Of a stretch of DNA of 64,000 nucleotides, positions 58,695 through 64,000 are shown one piece after another. The translations under genes and the position numbers were made by a program. Positions within the stretch are counted from its first letter, which is position 1. Every line of letters starts with the position of its first letter. The stretch lies in assembly GCA_028704555.1 (NCBI GenBank), contig JAQWFD010000008.1, positions 14,608 to 78,607 on the forward strand, read 5' to 3'. The notes beneath the pieces are model-generated. The model searched no databases. It saw nothing but the letters and a program-made list of their open reading frames with translations, and was not told the DNA's origin. Source of the stretch: Desulfobacterales bacterium (GTDB lineage Bacteria; Desulfobacterota; Desulfobacteria; Desulfobacterales; JAQWFD01).

Positions 58695-58755
58695 AAAAAA
58701 ACCGGGGGGATGGCTCACATTCAGTTTTGATTTCCGAAATGTGAGCCATCCCCCC
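58695..58755 (-). terminator. Perfect 18-bp hairpin between ftsH and folP whose U-tract lies on the minus strand
   Basis: ggggggatggctcacatt (58704-58721), 16-nt loop, aatgtgagccatcccccc (58738-58755). An A7 run at 58695-58701 precedes it on the + strand. There is no T-run after it. Confidence 0.5.
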
Positions 58756-58842
58756 TCGGAAAATGTGCCCATCGCTGTGGCAGAATTTTTTCTGATTCTG
58801 CCGGATGGCGGCTGTAACGCATAAAATTATTCATTCTCATTC

Positions 58843-59709
58843 ATGAAAACATTTACCATTTCATGGGGCAATCATCGTCTTGAACTCGGTCAAAGAACCT
58901 GCGTCATGGGCATTGTCAACGTCACGCCGGATTCTTTTTCAGATGGCGGAAAATTTTCTGCTCCGGACTCAGCCCTTGCCCACGCGGAAAAACTGGTTGA
59001 AGACGGGGCGGACATCCTTGATATCGGAGGTGAATCAACCCGCCCTTTTTCAAAACCGGTTTCCGCTGAAGAGGAACTGCATCGGGTTGCGCCGGTCATT
59101 GAACAGATCGCGCAACGGGTTTCGATCCCAATTTCCATCGACACCTTCAAATCCCGCGTAGCCAAAGGGGCCTTAGATGCCGGTGCATCCATGATAAACG
59201 ATATCGGGGCGCTGCGGATGGATAAAGACATGGCGGCTGTCGCAGCGGCATACGACGTTCCTGTCATTGTGATGCACATGAAAGGAACACCCCGGACCAT
59301 GCAGGTATCACCGGCCTACGATGATATCATCGAAGAAATTAAATCATTTATGAAAGACACGATACACCGGGCCGAACGAAACGGAATCCCACCATCCAGA
59401 ATCATTGTTGATCCGGGCATCGGATTTGGCAAAACCGGCGGTCACAACCTGTTGTTACTCAAACGTTTAAAAGAGTTTGAAAGCCTGGAGATGCCGCTTC
59501 TGGTGGGCTCTTCAAGAAAAGCCTTTATTCGTAACATTCTCATGAATAAAACCGGAAGACCCATGGAACCGGATTCGCCGGAAGTGGAAACCGGCACCCA
59601 GGCGACCATTTGCACAGCCGTTCTTCACGGCGCACATATTGTTCGAGTTCATAACGTCGCTATGGCACGCATGACGGTAGATATAACAGATGCAATTAAA
59701 CATGCCTGA
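58843..59709 (+). CDS. folP: Dihydropteroate synthase
   Basis: GIVNVTPDSFSDGG, DIGGESTRP and a pterin-binding fold. 288 aa. Confidence 0.95.
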   Translation: MKTFTISWGNHRLELGQRTCVMGIVNVTPDSFSDGGKFSAPDSALAHAEKLVEDGADILDIGGESTRPFSKPVSAEEELHRVAPVIEQIAQRVSIPISIDTFKSRVAKGALDAGASMINDIGALRMDKDMAAVAAAYDVPVIVMHMKGTPRTMQVSPAYDDIIEEIKSFMKDTIHRAERNGIPPSRIIVDPGIGFGKTGGHNLLLLKRLKEFESLEMPLLVGSSRKAFIRNILMNKTGRPMEPDSPEVETGTQATICTAVLHGAHIVRVHNVAMARMTVDITDAIKHA

Positions 59710-60658
59710 CAATGCGCCGGATGAACCGGAACACCGCCCTGAACTTATGCCTGCAAAACGCAAAAAAGCCTTGATATATTTTGTTCTGTTCATGCCGATT
59801 CTGGCCGGTTTCTTTTTCCTGTGGCCGGGAACTTCTTACCTTCAAACCGACATATTCGTATCCTCCGATATCAGAAATCTCCCGAAAGGGCTTTCATTAA
59901 CCGGCGTCTCTACAAATGGTATTGAAGTTCATATTGGCGGTCCCGGATATATAATATCAACCATATCCGAATTTAAACCCAAATACATCCTGGACTTATC
60001 CGCTGTCACCATCGGAGTAAATTCCATCCATGTAAAGGCAGAACAGATACCATTGCCTGAAGGTATTTCGATCATCCGCTACTATCCGACAACGATTACC
60101 GTAAAGGTGGACAAGGAAATCTCCCGACGAATTCCGGTTGAAATCCGTCTCAGCGGAAAACCGACATCCGGATTTTCCGTCATCGAATCCCGGCCAACGC
60201 CTTCATCGGTATTGATCAGAGGCCCTGAAATGATTATGAGAACCATAGAAAACATTTATACTGAACGGATCGATATCAACGGATTGTCTGAATCTCTTAG
60301 AAAAAAAAGCGCGCTCGACATCCCTGAAGGGCTGAAAATTGACTCCTCGAAAATAATTACAGCGAACATATCGATCCAGGATAAAATCGCCCGCAAGCAT
60401 TTTTACAATATCAGAATCAACGGAAAGAACACCCCTTATCAGTACCTGATCACCCCCTCATCGATAGACATACAGGTCAAAGGGCCGGTTAATATTCTTG
60501 ACCATCTTGATATTGAAAAAGACATTCAGGTCTTTGTTGATCTTGACGAATTATCTCCGGGGGTCTATGTCAGACCGGCATCCATTATTTTACCGGTGGA
60601 CACGACGCTTGTCAGCGTGACTCCCGAAATTTTCACAATAAATATGACTAACCGGTAG
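59702..60658 (+). CDS. YbbR-domain (CdaR-like) membrane-anchored protein
   Basis: An N-terminal TM segment followed by repeated YbbR-like beta-rich modules (..VKVDKEISRRIPVEI.., ..IRGPEMIM..I.., ..IQVKGPVNIL..). Overlaps the folP stop by 8 bp. Confidence 0.6.
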   Translation: MPDNAPDEPEHRPELMPAKRKKALIYFVLFMPILAGFFFLWPGTSYLQTDIFVSSDIRNLPKGLSLTGVSTNGIEVHIGGPGYIISTISEFKPKYILDLSAVTIGVNSIHVKAEQIPLPEGISIIRYYPTTITVKVDKEISRRIPVEIRLSGKPTSGFSVIESRPTPSSVLIRGPEMIMRTIENIYTERIDINGLSESLRKKSALDIPEGLKIDSSKIITANISIQDKIARKHFYNIRINGKNTPYQYLITPSSIDIQVKGPVNILDHLDIEKDIQVFVDLDELSPGVYVRPASIILPVDTTLVSVTPEIFTINMTNR

Positions 60659-60767
60659 TGCAGAAGAAAAAGCGCCTGACTTGATACCGGTTACCGCGCA
60701 TAAACCCGGTTACCGGAAGGGGTATTCAAGCGATTATCAACAACCCAACAGTTAAGGATCGTGCCGC

Positions 60768-61538
60768 ATGCTTTTTGTCATCGATGTTGGAAATACCAAT
60801 ACGGTTATGGGCGTATATGACGGCTCCCGGCTTGTCAGAAGCTGGCGGATTCGTACAGAAAGAAACGCCACCGAAGATGAATTTTACATAACCGCCGCCG
60901 GTTTGTTTGCGGAAAGCCGGATTTGCCCGCAGGACATTCATAAAACGGTCATATCCAGTGTGGTTCCGCCGGTTGTCACCATTCTGGATGCATTCTGCCG
61001 TAAATATCTGGGTCATGCGCCACACTGGGTGGACAACACCGCCGTTCCGGACATCCCCATTCTCTACAGCAATCCGTCCGAAGTCGGCTCAGACAGACTC
61101 GTCAACGCCGTTGCCGCCTATGCCCGGTACAAAACGAGTCTCATCGTTATCGATTTTGGCACGGCCACGACATTTGATGCCATCTCACAGCAGGGCGAAT
61201 ATCTGGGCGGTGCCATCAGCCCCGGCATCATGATCGCTTCCGAGGCCTTGTTCAACTGCACGTCCAAACTGCACAGAGTTGATATATTCACACCGCCGGA
61301 GAAGGTGATCGGAACCGATACGGCCGGCAGCATAAAGTCAGGAATTATTTTCGGATATGCCGGTCTGGTGGACGGCATTGTCAATCGGATGAAAAAAGAG
61401 ATGCCCCGGAATCCGAAGGTGATCGCTACCGGAGGTCTTGCCAGGCTTATGGTGAAGGTATCTGAAACGATCGAAACGGTTGAACCGGATCTGACGCTGG
61501 AAGGATTGAGAATTATCGGCACGCGGATTGGCAGCTGA
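60768..61538 (+). CDS. coaX: Type III pantothenate kinase
   Basis: MLFVIDVGNTNTVMGVY, GSDR and DFGTATTFD motifs. Confidence 0.95.
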   Translation: MLFVIDVGNTNTVMGVYDGSRLVRSWRIRTERNATEDEFYITAAGLFAESRICPQDIHKTVISSVVPPVVTILDAFCRKYLGHAPHWVDNTAVPDIPILYSNPSEVGSDRLVNAVAAYARYKTSLIVIDFGTATTFDAISQQGEYLGGAISPGIMIASEALFNCTSKLHRVDIFTPPEKVIGTDTAGSIKSGIIFGYAGLVDGIVNRMKKEMPRNPKVIATGGLARLMVKVSETIETVEPDLTLEGLRIIGTRIGS

Positions 61539-61546
61539 GATACGCT

Positions 61547-61603
61547 GCTGGTAAGCTGGCTGGACAGGATGACGTCCTGAACAGCTTACCAGCTGGTTTT
61601 TTA
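61547..61603 (+). terminator. Rho-independent terminator after coaX
   Basis: gctggtaagctg...cagga/tcctg...cagcttaccagc, then tggtttttt. Confidence 0.75.
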
Positions 61604-61650
61604 TAATCCCATGAACCGTATCAGCGGAGTTTGCCCGGAGTTTACATGGT

Positions 61651-62562
61651 TCAGCCGTTTATTTTTTCCAGATAAGCGCGTATCCCCCTGAAACTGTTGA
61701 AACAGAAATTTTTTTCGCGGGCCTGTATATCTTCCGGAAGTGCATAAAAATATTTCAGACCCCGGTCGGTTTTCAAAACCTCTTCAAAAACGCGTTCTTC
61801 AAAATGCTCCGTTCCGGCTTTATAATGTTTTTCCCCCGTCGCAAGCCAGTTATCCAGCTGATCCCTGGCCGTATCAAATACATTTTTTACATCCCCGCAA
61901 TATCCGTAATGTCCGAAGCATAGATGGGTCACGTTTTTCAACGCGGCCATTTTGTCAATAGATCCCCGGAAAATTTCGTAAATGAAGGGCGGCGGGGTAG
62001 CCAGACGGATATACATGCCCTGCTCGAGCGGGTAGTATACCCCAGCAACTTCACCGGCAAACAATATATCTCCGATGTGGTAACACAGGTGATGGGGCGC
62101 ATGACCGGGCGTCTGATACACCTGAACGGTCGCATCCCCGATCCTGACCAATTCCTTATAGCTAATATTCTCTTCCGGTATGGGAGCAATTTCCCCGTAG
62201 ACCTCCGCGACCCTGCCCAACACTTTTCTGGAACCTTCCCACAATTTAGCCGGATCTACCATATGCCGAATCCCTTTGGGATGACATATCACCCGGGCAT
62301 CCGGATAATGTTCCAGCAGCAGTCCGGCTCCGCCGGCATGATCAATATGGATATGGGTCAGAAAAATATAATCCAGCTGGTCCACGCCCGCCTGTTTCAA
62401 TGCATCCACCAGAACAGGAATAGTTGACCGCGGTCCGGGGTCCACCAGGATCGTCATATCCCCGCGCCTGTATACCCAGCTGCTGATAAAATTCCTGAAT
62501 CCTTCCAGAGACTGATCCAAATCGATGAGATACAAATTCTCAAGAGGTTGATGAGTCGCCAT
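61651..62562 (-). CDS. MBL-fold metallo-hydrolase
   Basis: THIHIDHAGG motif. 303 aa. Confidence 0.85.
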   Translation of the reverse strand: MATHQPLENLYLIDLDQSLEGFRNFISSWVYRRGDMTILVDPGPRSTIPVLVDALKQAGVDQLDYIFLTHIHIDHAGGAGLLLEHYPDARVICHPKGIRHMVDPAKLWEGSRKVLGRVAEVYGEIAPIPEENISYKELVRIGDATVQVYQTPGHAPHHLCYHIGDILFAGEVAGVYYPLEQGMYIRLATPPPFIYEIFRGSIDKMAALKNVTHLCFGHYGYCGDVKNVFDTARDQLDNWLATGEKHYKAGTEHFEERVFEEVLKTDRGLKYFYALPEDIQAREKNFCFNSFRGIRAYLEKING

Positions 62563-62607
62563 GGTTATACTCCTTCCTGAAAATGAAAATCATAATGGAT
62601 GGTCTGC

Positions 62608-63276
62608 TCAAGCCCTTGCCTTTTTTTTGAGCATATCATTGAATACCCTATAGAAAAACTCGTTTTCGGTAATGCTTCGGCTCAATATCTTTTCCAGATC
62701 ATCCAGATTCGATGAATTGATGATCAGATTGACACTTTTATTGAACGCCATCATATTATCCATCGTACGATATCTGCTGCTGATCAGAACCACAAAAATT
62801 TTCCTGCGAATCGATGGATTCAACCGTTCAAGATAGGTCAGCACCCCGTTGGAATCCGGATTCCGGGTATCAAAATTCTCGTCCACCATAATGAGATCAT
62901 ACGTATGGTATCTCACCTTTTTCAACACATCCCTTAGATTTTCAGCAACCGTCAGATGGTATTCCATCTGATCCAGAGTCTTCTGAATCTTTTCCACGGC
63001 ATTGGGATCGGATTCACAGACCAGAGCGGTCTGGCCCTCCTCTTCGATAAAATCAAACGGTTTATCCGACGCATCATAGGCGACTGGCTCTCCCCCCTCT
63101 GACAGGCCTTCCGGCGTCGCCTGCTCGCCATGAGCGGTTTTCCGGGGAGACTGGATCGTAATTTTGCTCTTGCATTTGGGGCATGAAACGGTAGCAACTT
63201 TTCCCGGTAAGATTTGATTGATTTTTTCATCGGGAATCTGCAGTTTATATTGGCATTGATCACAAATAATATCCAT
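62608..63276 (-). CDS. MJ0042-type zinc-ribbon protein fused to a receiver-like (CheY-fold) domain
   Basis: The N-terminus CDQCQYKLQIP...SCPKCKS has two CxxC pairs. The C-terminus ALVCESDP..YDLIMVDENF..FVVLISS resembles REC beta1/beta3/beta4. No obvious conserved Lys. Confidence 0.65.
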   Translation of the reverse strand: MDIICDQCQYKLQIPDEKINQILPGKVATVSCPKCKSKITIQSPRKTAHGEQATPEGLSEGGEPVAYDASDKPFDFIEEEGQTALVCESDPNAVEKIQKTLDQMEYHLTVAENLRDVLKKVRYHTYDLIMVDENFDTRNPDSNGVLTYLERLNPSIRRKIFVVLISSRYRTMDNMMAFNKSVNLIINSSNLDDLEKILSRSITENEFFYRVFNDMLKKKARA

Positions 63277-63403
63277 AATAACCGATATTCACCTCCTTCG
63301 AAAATTAACGGGGGAAAGACTGAATCGGATCGGCCCCCCACTGCCTCATCAGACTGGTATCCGTCTGTATCCGGATAAGCAACGAGCGGTTCGTCTCATC
63401 CCG

Positions 63404-64000
63404 TTACAGGAATTTATCATAATCATGATCGAGCTGAAGATCTTCAATATCTGTCGTCGCCTGGCCTCTGGCACTTTTAACCGAATCAATGCCGCGGCCG
63501 ACAATTCCTTTGCGTGAGGCATAGGCCAATGCCGTTTCCTGCGAAATCAGGCCCTTTTCATACAAATCGACAATACAGTCATCAAACGTGATCATGCCAA
63601 AGGGTTTTCCGGTCTGCATAATTTCATAATAGGTTTTCCCCTCCGATTCTCCGTGCAGAATCGTATCCTTGACCCTCATGTTGCTGCCCATGATTTCAAA
63701 GGCTGCCACACGCCCGCCGCCGGCTTTCGGCAGCAACCGCTGGCACACGATCCACCTGACCGTATCCGCCAGTCGAATCCGGATCTGATTTTCCTCTTCA
63801 GAATCGAACATTCCCAGAATACGGTTGATGGTCTGCCCGGCATCGACGGTATGGAGCGTCGACACCACCAGATGGCCGGTTTCCGCTGCACTCAATCCGA
63901 TTTCAACGGTTTCCCGGTCGCGCATCTCTCCGACCAGAATGACTTTGGGCGCCTGCCTCAGTGCGGCTCTCAGCCCGCTGGCAAATGACACGTAATCGGT
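63404..64000 (-). CDS. pilT: PilT/PilU-family type IV pilus retraction ATPase (C-terminal part; continues beyond the window)
   Basis: ALRQAPKVILVGEMRDRETVEIGLSAAETGHLVVSTLHT (Asp box/His box). The frame is open to base 64000. Confidence 0.85.
   Translation of the reverse strand, partial: TDYVSFASGLRAALRQAPKVILVGEMRDRETVEIGLSAAETGHLVVSTLHTVDAGQTINRILGMFDSEEENQIRIRLADTVRWIVCQRLLPKAGGGRVAAFEIMGSNMRVKDTILHGESEGKTYYEIMQTGKPFGMITFDDCIVDLYEKGLISQETALAYASRKGIVGRGIDSVKSARGQATTDIEDLQLDHDYDKFL

Overview
This 64-kb chromosomal window looks deltaproteobacterial (Desulfobacterota, Desulfobacterales-like). That taxonomic guess rests only on the look of the proteins and is not verified.

**Bases 1-12,400: accessory island ending at tRNA-Asn(GTT).** By eye it is A/T-richer than the rest (not computed). 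It contains:
- a tyrosine integrase that runs off the left edge and is broken by a 2-bp slip before its catalytic Tyr
- a small Zn-ribbon protein
- a translationally coupled type I R-M operon, hsdM-rhuM-hsdS-hsdR; hsdS carries a LEAE tandem repeat in its spacer region
- a 1.2-kb AT-rich non-coding block full of inverted and direct repeats
- a split XRE + ImmA/IrrE pair
- two tiny genes that are missing from the ORF track

**Bases 12,400-64,000: core genome.**
- Translation and cofactor genes: aspS, hisS, a GctAB-like CoA-transferase, a DUF2520/PanG-like gene convergent with panB, and rsmA.
- Proteases and stress genes: an M16C PreP-like protease, hslO, grpE-dnaK, and tilS-ftsH-folP followed by a YbbR-domain gene and coaX.
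- Other enzymes and transporters: a long GAPDH-family gene, a beta-CASP MBL RNase, LacI, DUF1847, RecD2, a GDPD, a UMF1 MFS transporter, DUF554, a Gly-zipper lipoprotein, an ABC-F ATPase, an acyl-CoA synthetase, and an MBL hydrolase.
- At the right edge, a Zn-ribbon/receiver-like protein sits next to a partial pilT.
- An SRP (4.5S) RNA gene lies in an apparently empty gap (54683-54799, minus strand).

**Best candidates for something undescribed:**
1. A 1394-aa protein joins about 860 residues I cannot assign to the ATP-grasp and phospho-His swivel domains of pyruvate phosphate dikinase. It lacks the PEP/pyruvate barrel and sits upstream of the atypically long GAPDH homologue.
2. The XRE/ImmA module beside the R-M operon has no recognisable effector.
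3. Structured palindromic elements in intergenic DNA: a 159-nt near-perfect hairpin, and a repeat family with a 136-nt full copy and a 67-nt partial copy 8.8 kb apart.

None of these could be checked against databases here. No CRISPR array, rRNA or intact IS element was seen.
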